64,000 bases of DNA, taken from contig CAVNZM010000016.1 in assembly GCA_963693365.1 (NCBI GenBank), positions 1,355,062 through 1,419,061 on the forward strand. The letters are read 5' to 3'. Below, in pieces: positions 38,857-52,061 of this stretch. The translations under genes and the position numbers were made by a program. The notes below the pieces were generated by a model. It did no database searches and was not told where the DNA came from. It saw only the letters and a program-made list of their open reading frames with translations. The stretch is from Amoebidium appalachense (lineage: Eukaryota; Protista; Ichthyosporea). Numbering within the stretch: the first letter of the stretch is position 1; each line of letters starts with the position of its first letter.

Positions 38857-40012
38857 TGTTGGATTAAGAAGAAATGAGGAACAGAGGACATACCTTGAGT
38901 TCGGCAAAGATTTTGCTGTTGAAAGTCTGGATTTTGTTGTTGTCGATGAACAGCAGCTGCAGGCCAATCGGATTGCATGAGTGAGAAAAACGTGGGTTTT
39001 GATTGGGCGGGCCAATGGCTAATGAAACTTCATGAAGTGGAATAGAAAGAAACTCTCAAACAATAATTAAGCGAACCAGAAGCCCGTGAATCTTTATTGG
39101 GTGATTGAGATCTAACTGGGCAAGCCATGAGATTGGAAGCGGGTGGACCCAGACGTTTGGAAGCATATTCAATGGCCGGCAAAAAAAACACAGGGTTATA
39201 AATGTAAATTACACAGGCAATGGAATCTGCACAATCACGGAAGGGAAAAGACGGATGTGTCGGGAAGAGGCGAGAAAACAGGGGAAAGGGGGGTATAGGC
39301 CTCAGGAAGTAAACGGACAGATGGAAGGATGATGGGCGGGAAAGGTTTGGGTGAGAAATTTTGCCCCACGAGGCTGTCAGATGGCCAATTGATTTGCGTG
39401 TGAGATGCGTACGGGCATGCTTGCCTGTGCATGTGTGCACACACACATATATATGCTTTTGGCCTGTGTTTGTGTGTATGTATGTGGGTGTGTGTGTGCG
39501 TGTGCGTGCGCACATGTGCGTGTGTGTATCTGTGTATGTGTGCGTCTGTGCGTGCGCGCGCACGTGTGTGTGTGAAAGACCTATATGTGCCCGTATATCT
39601 GGGGGCGAGTACTCTCCCGTTCGTGTTCACGTGCATTCGTATCAGTGCAGCGATATATATGTGCTGTTGAAAGAGTAGTGGGGTTGGGGGGGGGGGGGGG
39701 AGGGAGGGGGGGGGGGGGGGGGGGGAAGGGGGGGGGCGAAGGGGGGGAGGGATACAGGTTGGGGGGGGGGGGGGGGAGGGGAGGGGGTTGGAAAAGTAAG
39801 GTTTACCTTGAGTTCTGACATGTGTGCGATCTCCGGTGGGATCTCAGTGAGGGCATTCCGTGAGAGGGTTAAGTTCTTGACCGCAACAAGACCAGCTAGC
39901 AGCCCCTTGGGGATCTCTGTAGTGACCCAACGTGTCAGCCTAAGATTCAATCGCCCTCTTATCTACTTTACCCCCCCCCCCCCCCCCCCCCATCTCCCCT
40001 CCCACCTTCGAA

Positions 40013-40046
<34 letters not shown>

Positions 40047-40890
40047 TCCCCACAGGCCGAAAAAACAAAACAAGAAACTTTGAAAAACAAAAAAACACAT
40101 TCCCCTCCCTTGCACACATACGCATACACACACCCAGCCCACGCACTGCTTCATCCCACACCTTCACACGTAGTCTTCCCCCCCCCCCCCCCACACACAC
40201 ACACACACACACACACACCCCCCACCCCCCCGTCCCATCCCCCCCCCCCCCCCCCCCCCCCCACCACCACCACCACCAAGAAAAAACACACACAACCACA
40301 CAAAAACATACACACCACCACCAAGAAAAAACACACACAACCACACAAAAACATACACACCACCACCAAGAAAAAACACACACAACCACACAAAAACATA
40401 CACACCACCACCAAGAAAAAACACACACAACCACACAAAAACATACACACCACCACCGAGAAAAAACACACACAACCACACAAAAACATACACAAACATA
40501 CGCACCACCACCCCAAACCCCCAACTAAGTACCCAAGCACCCACACCCCTTAAATCCTAACTTCACTCGTTCAAAAATGTTCAAGACTGGTGCAAACAGT
40601 ACCACCTGTGCAAGCAATACACCTGTGCAAACAGTACACCTGTGCAAGCAATACACCTGTGCAAACAGTACACCAGTGCCGACGGTAGGCTTCCCAAGCG
40701 CATGCACACTGTACCATTAGTGGGTCAATTACACACCTGTTAGTTTGTTGCTCTCGAGGTTCAGTTCGTCCAATCTGTTGCACTTGCCTAGTGAGGCAGG
40801 TAGGCTGGTGAGCTGGTTGTACCTGCACGTACGTGTGTGTGTGTGTGTGTGCGTGTGTGTGTGTGTGTGCGTGTGTGTGTGCAAGTGTGT

Positions 40891-40927
<37 letters not shown>

Positions 40928-41225
40928 TGTGTGTGTGTGCATGTGAGGGCGCACGTGCGTGTGGGATGTAAAAGTGTAGTGTTAGTATGGGCTGCACATG
41001 CAGACCCGCAGCGAGAGGAGAAATTGAGGCGTGTAATGGAAGCACTAGGAATGTGCAAAGTATTCAGAACCGTTTTCCCGGGGTGGGGCATGTCTTAGTG
41101 TCCGAAACAGCACAAACCAACAGGTCCATGCTCTTTCTCCCTACCACCCTCCCCCGCCTCCCCGCCCTGACGCACACACACACACACACGCATACAGGCA
41201 CGCACAGTGTAGTTCCCTCTCTCTA

Positions 41226-41260
<35 letters not shown>

Positions 41261-41322
41261 CACCATTCTCCCCACACACCCACAATCCCCCCCGCCCCTT
41301 CCGCCCCGCCTCCTCCCCCTTA

Positions 41323-41353
<31 letters not shown>

Positions 41354-41941
41354 AAGCAAGCACACACACACACACGCACATACACACCTAAGGCCAAGCA
41401 GTTTTAGCTTTGATAGGTCCCCGATGCTGTCGGGAAGGGATGTAAGCTTGTTGTGCTGCACGTCCAGATTCGTCAGGTTGATGCACTTGCCCACAACTGC
41501 ACATTGTTGTGAAAGGTTGGTTAGTGGCCAAGCAGCGGCATTTCGTTTTGTCGCGTCATGGTATGCATGGTAAGTGGCCCACAATTGAATGGCTTGCTGG
41601 TACTCGTGTACGTGGTCTGTTGTTGGGTACGCACACTGTTTGCACTAAAGCAGTGTAGTACACTTGTTTCTTGCGTGCCAAAACGAAAAACGCAAAAGCA
41701 GTTGTGCAAGCACGACCGCCCAAGCGTACAACATTTGAATTAAGCCAGTCGTCAAAGGGTTCTTATACTTCGATACTCCCAAAAAGAAAGAGGGGGGGGG
41801 GGGGGGGGGTGGGGGGGTGGGGAGGGGGGAGGGGGGCGGTGGAAAAGGCGCGCATGAGTGTGGGGAAGGTGGGGAGGGAGAGGGAGAAGGGGGGGGGGGG
41901 GGAGGGGGAAGAGAGAGAGAGGAAGAGGGAGAGGGAGAGGG

Positions 41942-42020
<79 letters not shown>

Positions 42021-42903
42021 AGAGAAGAGAGGGAGAGAGACAGGAAGAGGGGCAAGAGGGAGGAGGGCGGTCCCAATTACAACGTATCTGGAGAAGACAG
42101 GGGGGGGGGGGGGGGGGGAGGGGGGGAGGTTTGAGTTTTTCCTCTTACCAGCTGGGAGCTCAGTAAGTACGTTGTGTGTTGCATCGAGCACCTGAAGATT
42201 TGTCAGCTCCTTGATCTCATCCGGTAGCCGCTCAATCTTGTTGTTGCGGATGGACAGGAACGTGATTTTCTGCAAACATGATTGGCTGGAGGTCAGGTGC
42301 GCGGTGTAGCCAGGCAGGGGGGGGGGGGGGGGGGGGGCTGTAGAGTAGAATGTGGAATATGGTGTGATGTATAATGGATAGATAGGAACGTGATTTTCTG
42401 GATGGGTGATTGGGTGGAGGTCAGGTGCGTGGTGTAGCCGGGAAGGGCTGGGAGGGCTTGGGGGGGGGGGGGGGGGGAAGGGGAGAGGGGGTAAAATGCG
42501 CTACAGAATACCAAGCAAGACTCACGACAGACAGTTTGGTGACGATGCAGAATTTGCACAGCAAACATGAACAGTATGTGTCATAAGCAAAGCCCATCCT
42601 TAGGGCTTAGCCTACCAGTGTGTGTGTGTTGGGGGGAGGGGGGGGGGGGGGGGGAGGGGAGGGTAAATGCATCATAAAGTGCAGGAGGGAGGGGTGGAAT
42701 GGTTGGTTTGGATGTGGTGCAAAGTGTGGGTGGTGGTAGTGGTGCTGGCAAAGTGCAATAACTGGTGTGTGGGCACGTGTGTATTCGTTCAAGCTTGTGC
42801 GGGTGAGTGTGGGTGCATGCGTGAGTGTGTGTGCATCTGTACATGTGTGTTTGTCTGTGTGTGGTGTGTGTGTGTGTGTGTCTGTGTGTGTGTGTGTCTG
42901 TGT

Positions 42904-42975
<72 letters not shown>

Positions 42976-43076
42976 TTTGTGCATACATGTTCATGTATGT
43001 ACATGTACATCTCTAAGCTTGTATGCATGTGTGTATGTGTGTGTGTGTGCATGTGTGTGTGTGTGTGTGTGTATGA

Positions 43077-43132
<56 letters not shown>

Positions 43133-43837
43133 CCGCTGTGCACACATGTGCATGTATGTAAATGTATGTTTGTGCCGGTAAGCTTGTGTGCATGTGTATG
43201 TGTGTGCGTGTGTGCGCGCGCGCGTGCTTGCGTGTGTGTGGTTATGTGTATATGTGTGCAAGTGCATGCCCGTCCTTGTGCATTTGTTTATCTGTGAGCT
43301 GGAGTGTGCACGTATGTATTAGTGCTTGTTTATGGTCGTATGACTGCACACGCCCATAGGTGTATGTGTGTTTGGTGTCGGCGTCAGTGGTTTTATGTAC
43401 ACCTGTGAATACCCATGCAACATCCAGCACCATATGTCTCTTTGAATAAAACCACCCACTCTCACACACACACACCCTTGCACACTTTTCACCCTCACAT
43501 CATGATCATTCAACTACAGCATTTACGTATTCTCACCTTCAGATTACCGATTTCGGGCCCTAGCTCCGATATCTTATTCTGTCGTAGGTACAGCTTCTCC
43601 AAATTAGTACACCTGTAGATAACTGGCGGCACAGACGTGAATTTGTTATGTCTGTGCAATGAAACCGTGTCAGACTTATTAAGCAAAAACACAAACATCA
43701 CCAGAAACAGTAACATTTTGGCGTATTTCCGTGGTTTGGATGACGAGGTAAAGGAATAATGAAGCAGTGGGTTTGGAGTAACGAGTAGGTGCCAATAAAC
43801 TAGGCATGGCTGAAAAAAGAAGGGGTGAGTGAGTAGT

Positions 43838-43889
<52 letters not shown>

Positions 43890-44632
43890 GGGGGGGAGGA
43901 AATGAAGATTTTACAAATAAGCATCATACACAACGAGTAGGAATCGGAGGTGAAGTTCATCCTTCGAGGGAGATCGGAACAACTGTGTGGCTACATTACA
44001 CGGTTTTACGCATAAAATCCCATCCTAGGTTGCGGGCCAACTTCCTACACTCCTCGGGGTAAATGTTTTACCTGAGATCCAAAACCTCCAAATTCAAGTT
44101 TGCCAACTCATCCGGTAGAGACGACAGGTTGTTTTCGCTGATGGCAATGGTTTTTAGGTTGCTCATCTTGCAGAGCTCTGGCGGCAACACTGCGGGGGGG
44201 GGGGGGGGGGGGGGGGGGTGGAGAGGGAGAGGGGGGGGGGGGGGGGGGGAATTATTAATTTCCTCAATTCTGAGCCCCATATCGAGCAAACTATAATGAG
44301 TAACATGTCTTGGGTCGGATGTGGAGAAATATGGTGGCGATAGAGGGGTTGAGGGGGTGGCGTTGGGTTTGGAGGGGGAGGGAGTCGACAGGTGTAGGAA
44401 AAAAAAAGGGGGGGGGGGGGGGGGGGGGGTTGAATGCGTCATAAGGTACGAAGAACAACGGATAACACGATGCAGAATGCAAACAATACATAAAGAGTAT
44501 GCATAATAAGCAGAGCCCATTCTCAGGGGGGGGGGCACGTCATCCACAGTACCCGAGTTTCGACCTATTCACCTCGTTAACGAAACCCAACTCAGATACT
44601 GTTTCACTTGAACATGGGTAGGTCACCCGTCT

Positions 44633-44663
<31 letters not shown>

Positions 44664-44986
44664 TAGAATGCACCAATGTAGGCGGGTGGTAGAAAACACC
44701 AATGTACATGATAAGGGGTGCCATGCAAAAGCGAACCCACAGACAGGAACATGTAACATGCATGCCGAGGAGTACAACATCAAAAATTCGGCACATAAGA
44801 AAGTGGGAGTAGCATAACTCAACGTCCTGGGGGCATGCGACAAAATAGGGATGGAAGGCAGCAAGCATTTTTTTTGTGAGGCGCGTCGGGGGGGGGGGGG
44901 GGGGGGGAGGGGGGGGAGGGGGGGGGGGGAGGCACATAATTGCGAATTCAGAACGGCAAGGGTAATACGGATTGTGGGGAAGCGTT

Positions 44987-45019
<33 letters not shown>

Positions 45020-45851
45020 TGGGGGGGGGGGGAGGGGGGGGGGGGGAAGGCGGGGAGGGGGAGGGAGTAATATCCGCAGGGGGATTCTAAGTTGCTATTT
45101 TGAACACCTACCTGAAATCTTGTTTGTGTACAGATACAACTCCTTCACGTGGTGCAAATCCCCGATAGACGGGGGGATAAAGTTCAGCTCCTTCGAACTC
45201 AAGTCCAGAAAAGCGCTGTTTTCCTTTTTGGCCTGTTTGATGGCCTATTGACCATGGGAGGAGGATACGTCAGTTACTGTTTTGCAGAGTGCTCATCGTG
45301 CAAACTTATAAACTACTACTACGTTTTCCCCTCCATCCTCCCCCCCCCCCCTCCCCCCACCCTCCAAACATTCACACCCAAACACCCGCCCTACTACGGC
45401 CTTCACATCCACCCCCACCTCCTTCCCCTCCCCCCCCTACATACCTGGGCCAGCCTCACACCTCACCCTTTTAAACAATTTCTCACAAATGCCTACACGT
45501 GCACATACAGAAGTGCACACACACACACACACTATTCAACTCCCAACCAGCCTAACTTTATTGTTCGATGTAAGGTATGAACCAAACAATGTAATGCATA
45601 AACTGTATCTTGCATGTACAGCAGCCAGGGGAATTTGTTTGCATGACAGAATAGCTAGAAAACGGTGGTAAAGTGCAAGCAGCAGATGGAAGTGATGGGG
45701 AAGAGAGAAAAGGGGGAGGGCCTAGTGAAGGACGTTTTGGAACCTTAGGGTGGAAGATGCGGGTGAGGAGGGCGCAGGGGGGGAGAAGGATTGTGTATGT
45801 ATGAGAGTGGTTTGTGTGCATGAGTGTGTTTTTTTTTTTTTTGTATGGTGT

Positions 45852-45944
<93 letters not shown>

Positions 45945-46101
45945 ACGCACGCATGCATGTGTGTACGCGTGTGTGTGTATGCACATGTGTGGGTAAGGAG
46001 AAACGGTGGGGAAGAGGGGGGGCAGGGGGAAGGGAGCTCACCGCTTTGATAGCTGGTGGTACCTCTTCTTGAGAAGAGCTCTTTTTAAATAATTTCATCA
46101 T
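35683..46101 (-). CDS. SHOC2: Leucine-rich repeat protein SHOC2/Sur-8-like (13 exons, 521 aa)
   Basis: Phase-consistent GT-AG exons: 46101-46042, 45244-45112, 44189-44072, 43651-43537, 42269-42149, 41496-41388, 40822-40737, 39916-39807, 38956-38894, 38365-38248, 37751-37638, 36931-36761 and 35930-35683. The translation is colinear with SHOC2 as I recall it: [10 protein letters not shown]..., [26 protein letters not shown]...[34 protein letters not shown], and C-cap [10 protein letters not shown]. Orthology was not tested by search. Confidence 0.85.
40268..40500. repeat. 45-bp minisatellite, ~5 copies, in a SHOC2 intron
   Basis: Unit CACCACCACCAAGAAAAAACACACACAACCACACAAAAACATACA repeated in tandem. 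Confidence 0.9.
40587..40680. repeat. 17-bp tandem repeat, ~5 copies, in a SHOC2 intron
   Basis: Alternating TGCAAACAGTACACCTG and TGCAAGCAATACACCTG units. Confidence 0.85.
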
Positions 46102-47406
46102 CCTGCCGGTGTCAGTGTGCTCACGCCTCGAGCACCTATCACCTACAAATAGATCTGAAGTCAGCCTTTGATGACACCAAATAGACGCTTACTCCCCAAA
46201 AAAAGACACGAAACGAGAAAGCCTGCCAGATGTGAAATACACCACGAACCCAACGAAGGGTGTTTGCAACTATGCTTTAGGACGTTTCCCTAAATTATGT
46301 ATCCATTTATCCTTGCCATTTTTTGCTTTTGGACGTGTTTTCTATGCTCACAGAAGCACCTTGTGTGTTCAAAGCGCACAGGTAACCTTGCAACTTCGCG
46401 GCAAACAGGAAACGAGATGCCAACCCTTAGGTGAAGTGCAAATAAAATTGAGTTAAACTACACTCCACTCCTAAATCTTCCGAATTTATGGAGCATGAGC
46501 TTGCTAGCATTTTAACAAGTAACCATTACGGTCTCCTTGTCAGAAGCATGGTGGTTAGCTATAGTGCCCTGTCTGACATGCACCACAGTTACCAAATCCA
46601 CAAAACTTCGATGCGAGACAGAAGGTGTAGATCAAAGATTTCAGGCAAAACGAGAAAGGAATAGCAAGCATGTCAACCCACCTGAATGTTTTTCTTGCTC
46701 GTTTGGCTAGGCGGAGCTATTGTAGTAAAGAGCCCTGCCAAGTTTTTCCTTATGCCTTTCAGTCAGATCTAAACATAAAACATTTTAGTTGCACACGGGC
46801 TCAGCTTAGATCTGTGATGCCAGAAGGGGCCTACAATGTACCTCCCAAACACCTTATATGCCTAATAAACAGGACAATAAAAGCTATATGATAATACATA
46901 TGTTCCACTCCTTTTTCTTCTCCTTTCACATAGAAGTAATGTTGAAAAACGGTGTTTTTTGAAGTATCAAGCAAACGAAACCACGAAACTGGGGCTCGTT
47001 ACTGGCTTCGACTTGATACACGCGCAGCAACTCTGTCCTGCTGAGTTACGACGCGCACCGCCTAGACTATGTTTGCTGTAAACCACTCACTGTTTATGTA
47101 AGCATAGGGATTAGTGTATTCTTGTTGTAAAATAACTAAACGATCTTAAATGCGCAAAGCAAGGTCATATCACGCATTGCGTAATTTTGCTGCTTAATTG
47201 TCACAATCTGCTGATTGGCCAAGCGCGCTCCAAATCCTGAGCGCGGCAAATTTTTTGTACATACGGTTTCCTTGACGTTCCTTCGCCCACAGCTGCCTGG
47301 CGGCGACAGTTTCACCATCATGGCACAGTTTCACCATGTCTGGCTGGTCACATCGAGTGACAAAGCAACAAATAAGAGAATAGCCACCGTTCGGTTATTT
47401 ACAGGC

Positions 47407-47457
<51 letters not shown>

Positions 47458-47579
47458 TCGCACACATCGATTCAAATGTCGCTTTTTATTATCTGCTAAT
47501 AAATAGTATCCTTCGCGCATCCACCCCTAAACCAGGCCATCCGTGGCCCTAAGGGCCGGGGAACACCCCCATCCATGTC

Positions 47580-48764
47580 ATGGCACATGCCTATAATCGT
47601 TTCAGAACCTCTTTCAAAGTTCCATCTACACCCATCACACATGTGCGACCATTAAAACGTCCAGCAGATACACCTACCACAGATGCACAACCAGAAAAAC
47701 ATCGCCTTAGACTAAGCGCAACACCTATTTACAATACACTACCCATTCAGAATAACACCACACCACTCCGTAGAAACACAATAACAACCATGCCGAAACT
47801 TTCGGTTGATACAGTACTGGCAGAACTTGCCCTCGTTAAGAAACAGCTAAATGAGCTGTTACCACTCAAGAACATGATAGAAAAACTCCAAACAGAAAAT
47901 ACCCAACTCAAGCTCACCATTGATTCACTCACAGCCCAGCTAAACATTAGTGGATCGCAAAACCCCAAAACTCATGAGCAAACATCTCGCGACGGAGACA
48001 TTTCCACCCCAACACAAAACAACACAGGACCGGAAGCACAGCTCCCGGCAGAGATCCTAGAATATGCGAACTCTCGTAAAACACCCGAGCTCCGCCAAAT
48101 TGCCAAGGAAACATATGCCAGCATTCTTGCAGGCAACGAGTACCGCCGCAACTCCCCTCCCAAACCGCCGGCTAAGGGGAACACCCAAGCAAACGGTAAC
48201 ATCAACATCCCACCCAAATACGAGAGGGTGTATTTCAAAGTCAAGCACGGCAGACGCCCACACAGGGCCATGTGGTCCATCTTCAAGGCTCTCGGCTTCC
48301 GGTGCTCTCGCATCCTTTGTCTGTCCTTCATTGGATACGATGTGCTGGAAGTAGCAGTACGGGGCGACTATAACCGTGCGTTCATCCGTGACGCGACAAA
48401 GGGGTGTGGAAGCTTCTTCACCCACCTCCCAAGCTACGACCCATGCGCGCCGGAAAACATTCAGAAAGCAGACAAAGAACGTAAAGTGTCTGCTAAGAAT
48501 GCGTGCGCCACACGTTGTCGTGTACGCATCAGCAAGGCAAAAGAGTTCCTCGCAAAGTTGGAAAACGATGCTACGAGCGTGATAGACACGGACACGAAGG
48601 AACCAATGTTTTCTGGTGAGAAACTGCTCGAGCGCAAACGCCGATGCGAGATGGAAATCGAGCTCTTCTGCGAACTGTTCGCGCTGGCGGAAGGTCGTGC
48701 ATACGACCCCGTAAGCGACAAGTGGGAACCAACCCCACAGGTGTCGGACCAAACCGATGCCTAA
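47580..48764 (+). CDS. LINE ORF1 protein (coiled-coil segment plus putative nucleic-acid-binding domain)
   Basis: 394-aa non-repetitive ORF directly upstream of and overlapping ORF2. Heptad-like segment LALVKKQLNEL...IEKLQTENTQLKLTIDSL. No CCHC knuckle seen. Confidence 0.8.
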   Translation: MAHAYNRFRTSFKVPSTPITHVRPLKRPADTPTTDAQPEKHRLRLSATPIYNTLPIQNNTTPLRRNTITTMPKLSVDTVLAELALVKKQLNELLPLKNMIEKLQTENTQLKLTIDSLTAQLNISGSQNPKTHEQTSRDGDISTPTQNNTGPEAQLPAEILEYANSRKTPELRQIAKETYASILAGNEYRRNSPPKPPAKGNTQANGNINIPPKYERVYFKVKHGRRPHRAMWSIFKALGFRCSRILCLSFIGYDVLEVAVRGDYNRAFIRDATKGCGSFFTHLPSYDPCAPENIQKADKERKVSAKNACATRCRVRISKAKEFLAKLENDATSVIDTDTKEPMFSGEKLLERKRRCEMEIELFCELFALAEGRAYDPVSDKWEPTPQVSDQTDA

Positions 48765-51700
48765 TTTATCCTTCTTCTTCTGGAATGCTCGGACACTGGG
48801 CCCCCAAAAGGGCCTCCCCCCCGGGACACTCGACGATAAAATCAGCTACATACAACAACAGACAAACAACCACACGTTTACAGTGATTTGCGAAACACAG
48901 TTTAAAAACCACCACAAATTCAACTCTACATTGGTCGACACATCCACACACCCCGGTTACGCGAAAAACCGAGGCATTATTGTACTTGCCGCACCACACG
49001 TGAGAGTGAAGTGCAAACCGGTAGCAAAAACGGAATTCTCGGTTTCTATAGAGTTTCTTTCTAATGTTTTTACTTTTGTATATTACCCACCATCTATGTC
49101 GGTTGTCGAATTGACTCACGAGTTGTCACAGTTACCAATGTCCACTGTTATTTTAGGTGATTTTAACACGCGACTCCACCACACAGACACACTGCAAGTG
49201 AGTGTCGGGTACCCATCTAAGCCCCCGGAGCGTGCTATCCCTTTAGCAAGGTATGTCCAAAGTCACACTTTGCGGTTCCCTCAAATATCCCATGCCCACA
49301 ACACCGACTGGGGAGTGGCCTTTTGGCCATCAACCATGTCAAAACTCTCTCTCCCTCCTAACCTCTCTAGGTCATCTGACCACTCTCCTATCCTTTTCCT
49401 ACCTAAGATCTCCCTTGATCTGCTCCCCCCTCCCCCTCCCACCTTTCGCCTCCGTCTATCCCAGCTTAAGTCACAGTGGGGTAGAGTTGATGTATGTGTA
49501 TGCTATGCTACGAAACACCCTATATATATGCGCCTATTAGAATCTGCACAAGCCAGGCCAGATTCACATCTCGTACTAGATACATGCACTAACTTTATTG
49601 TTGATGATTTGATAGATCTCGGTGATTATGCTGGCGGTGGTAGGAAGGAATATCCCGATGCTCTCTTGTTACCAAACACCACTCCCGCTAGACTAGGTGA
49701 ACCCCTGTCTCAAAAGGAAAGCTTGCGCCGGCTTGCTAGTATGAATCGATTTGGCCCCCCTGCTCGTATTATTGGTGATACCACTGGAGACCCCCTCATA
49801 GACTCTGATAAGTATTTCTCGGAACTGTTTAAAGATAGGACCCCCGCTCAGAAACCTATTGTGTGGCCTGTAGACCCATCTATCCCCATAGAATCGATCC
49901 TCCCCTTTTTCAGTCCCGATGCCATATGGTCTGTGATATCTAGTTATAGCTCTAGTAAGTCTTGTGGACCTGATGGACTCCCTGCTGGGTTTCTTAAAAT
50001 CCTTGTTCCCTCCTACCCACAAAAGGAAAGTGATCGTGCTATTAAACCTGATCTTACTATCATGTTAAGCTCTCTCTTTTCTTGGTGTGTTAAATGTGGA
50101 CATGTCCCGTCATCTTGGTTAGATACCTTAGTGATCCCCATAGTTAAGAAGGACTCTGAGGGCCCCATATCATCCTTTCGCCCCATTACACTAACCCAGG
50201 TTGTTCGTAGATTCTTTGAAGCTTGCTTACTTAGGTTATTTGCACATCACCCTAGGTTTCAATCTATTCTTCACATACACCCATGCCAATCCGCTTTTCG
50301 TAAAAACAATTCATGTTATGTTCAAATAATGGCACTGCACGATTCTATGCAAGTTGGTGCACAATATGTTGGCTTTATTGATTGGAAAACTGCTTACGAT
50401 TCTGTCTCCCCTGGTCTCCTATGGGAAAAGCTTGCTGCACGGGGTGTACCACACTGCATTGGTGTTCTGTTAGAAGCACTCTTGTCTCAAACCTATGGTA
50501 GAGCTGTGGTTAATGGGCATCTTTCATATGGTTTTGCTCGTACTAGAGGTCTCTTGCAGGGTTCATTGCTTAGCCCCTTTTTGTTTAACCTATTTATAGA
50601 TGATTTGGCTGTCAAGATTTACGCCGAAAACGATGACCCTATTAATAACTTTCCGCCTGCACTTCTCTATGCTGATGATCTGTCCCTCCTTGCCCGTACC
50701 CCTAGACGCCTGCAAAGATTGTTCGATGTAGTGTCAGAGTGGTGCAAGGCAAACCTTATGATCCTTAACATAGACAAATGTGGTGTTCTTGTACCTGATA
50801 TAGCTAACAATTTACACACATTTACATTATCATCTAAACCTGTACCTATAGTTCCAGAATACAAATATCTTGGTGTTCCGGTTGATTCTGTTGGTGTTAT
50901 GTTTCCCCATATGGTCGAAAAGAGGGTAGAGTTGGCTCGTAAGCGGTTAGCTTTCTTCTCGGCTAATATTTTTAAAGACACACCCCTCCATCCTTCTATT
51001 AGACTTACATTTATTCGCACTTTTGTCTTCCCGGCATGTGAATATGGTTTACCCCTTCTCGCCGCTTGGATCAAGAAAGAGAGAACTAGAGCGCTTAAAC
51101 CCTTGGCAAATTTCCTTGAAGCAGAAGTTGCCTCCTTTCTATCTAACAACTGTTGTAAACCTGGGCCTGTAACGCTCTCGATATATGGTCTGGTCCCAAT
51201 AGCTGCTAGAGTATCCTATCTCGCGCTGAAATTCAATAAGCACATAAGCCGCTTAAAGAAGTATTTGCCCTCCCACCCTCTCTTCTCTATCCGACCTGTC
51301 CCCTCCTCACCTCTCCCCTCTTTCCTCCCCTCTCTCTCCCCTTCTCCCCTGGGCACAAATACAAATAAACCCCGCAATAGTGTGTGTGTGACTTTGGACT
51401 GCCACTTACTTATTAAACATGTACACAATCACAAGATAATCACGCAATATAACAAATGGAAAAAGATACCACACGACACTAGACCCGATGAAAGCATACA
51501 CCTTGAAAAACTAAGCCTTATGTCTCGTTTTATATATACTGACCGCCTCAACCATATTGCCAAATATGGCACTCGCAAGTGTATAACACCTAAATACATA
51601 TTACCTTCCTGTAGAACTGGTCTTTCTCTAGCTGATGGTATTATTGATCAATTACCACGCTTTTACTGTACACGTGCTATACAGTGGAGATCTAATAAGT

Positions 51701-51951
51701 ATAAGGTGGCATCATTTGCATGCCCAAACAACACACACACACACCAGTTTAACCGGTCATGTATCGCCAAATGTAGTTTGATAGACCACATAATACCGCA
51801 ACACACACACGTCACATTCACAACAGACACCCAGAAAGATAGCCTACCTGTAAATTACAACATCCTTGATTTTATACTAAACACGCGTAACTACGACCTG
51901 TTTATTAGATGTATTGATTGGCTTGAGAAACACATCACTACAAAATTATAG
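48757..51951 (+). CDS. LINE ORF2: AP-endonuclease + reverse transcriptase
   Basis: 1064 aa, uninterrupted. APE motifs WNAR, ICET, VYYPP, LGDFN and SDH. RT motifs GPDGLP, FRPITL, QSAFRK, FIDWKTAYDSV, QGSLLSPFLFN, YADD and YKYLGV. C-terminal Cys/His cluster CPNN..H..NRSC..KC. Confidence 0.95.
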   Translation: MPNLSFFFWNARTLGPQKGLPPGTLDDKISYIQQQTNNHTFTVICETQFKNHHKFNSTLVDTSTHPGYAKNRGIIVLAAPHVRVKCKPVAKTEFSVSIEFLSNVFTFVYYPPSMSVVELTHELSQLPMSTVILGDFNTRLHHTDTLQVSVGYPSKPPERAIPLARYVQSHTLRFPQISHAHNTDWGVAFWPSTMSKLSLPPNLSRSSDHSPILFLPKISLDLLPPPPPTFRLRLSQLKSQWGRVDVCVCYATKHPIYMRLLESAQARPDSHLVLDTCTNFIVDDLIDLGDYAGGGRKEYPDALLLPNTTPARLGEPLSQKESLRRLASMNRFGPPARIIGDTTGDPLIDSDKYFSELFKDRTPAQKPIVWPVDPSIPIESILPFFSPDAIWSVISSYSSSKSCGPDGLPAGFLKILVPSYPQKESDRAIKPDLTIMLSSLFSWCVKCGHVPSSWLDTLVIPIVKKDSEGPISSFRPITLTQVVRRFFEACLLRLFAHHPRFQSILHIHPCQSAFRKNNSCYVQIMALHDSMQVGAQYVGFIDWKTAYDSVSPGLLWEKLAARGVPHCIGVLLEALLSQTYGRAVVNGHLSYGFARTRGLLQGSLLSPFLFNLFIDDLAVKIYAENDDPINNFPPALLYADDLSLLARTPRRLQRLFDVVSEWCKANLMILNIDKCGVLVPDIANNLHTFTLSSKPVPIVPEYKYLGVPVDSVGVMFPHMVEKRVELARKRLAFFSANIFKDTPLHPSIRLTFIRTFVFPACEYGLPLLAAWIKKERTRALKPLANFLEAEVASFLSNNCCKPGPVTLSIYGLVPIAARVSYLALKFNKHISRLKKYLPSHPLFSIRPVPSSPLPSFLPSLSPSPLGTNTNKPRNSVCVTLDCHLLIKHVHNHKIITQYNKWKKIPHDTRPDESIHLEKLSLMSRFIYTDRLNHIAKYGTRKCITPKYILPSCRTGLSLADGIIDQLPRFYCTRAIQWRSNKYKVASFACPNNTHTHQFNRSCIAKCSLIDHIIPQHTHVTFTTDTQKDSLPVNYNILDFILNTRNYDLFIRCIDWLEKHITTKL

Positions 51952-51972
51952 CGCACGCGCACACACACACAC

Positions 51973-52029
<57 letters not shown>

Positions 52030-52061
52030 CCAGCTGATACCGAGTGTCCCGAGGGGAGCCC

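Noticed and set aside
51261-51380. In-frame 120-nt GT...AG pyrimidine-rich segment within LINE ORF2, a possible intron
   Set aside because: The ORF is open without splicing, and removal would delete the LPSHPL motif typical of post-RT regions of LINE ORF2.
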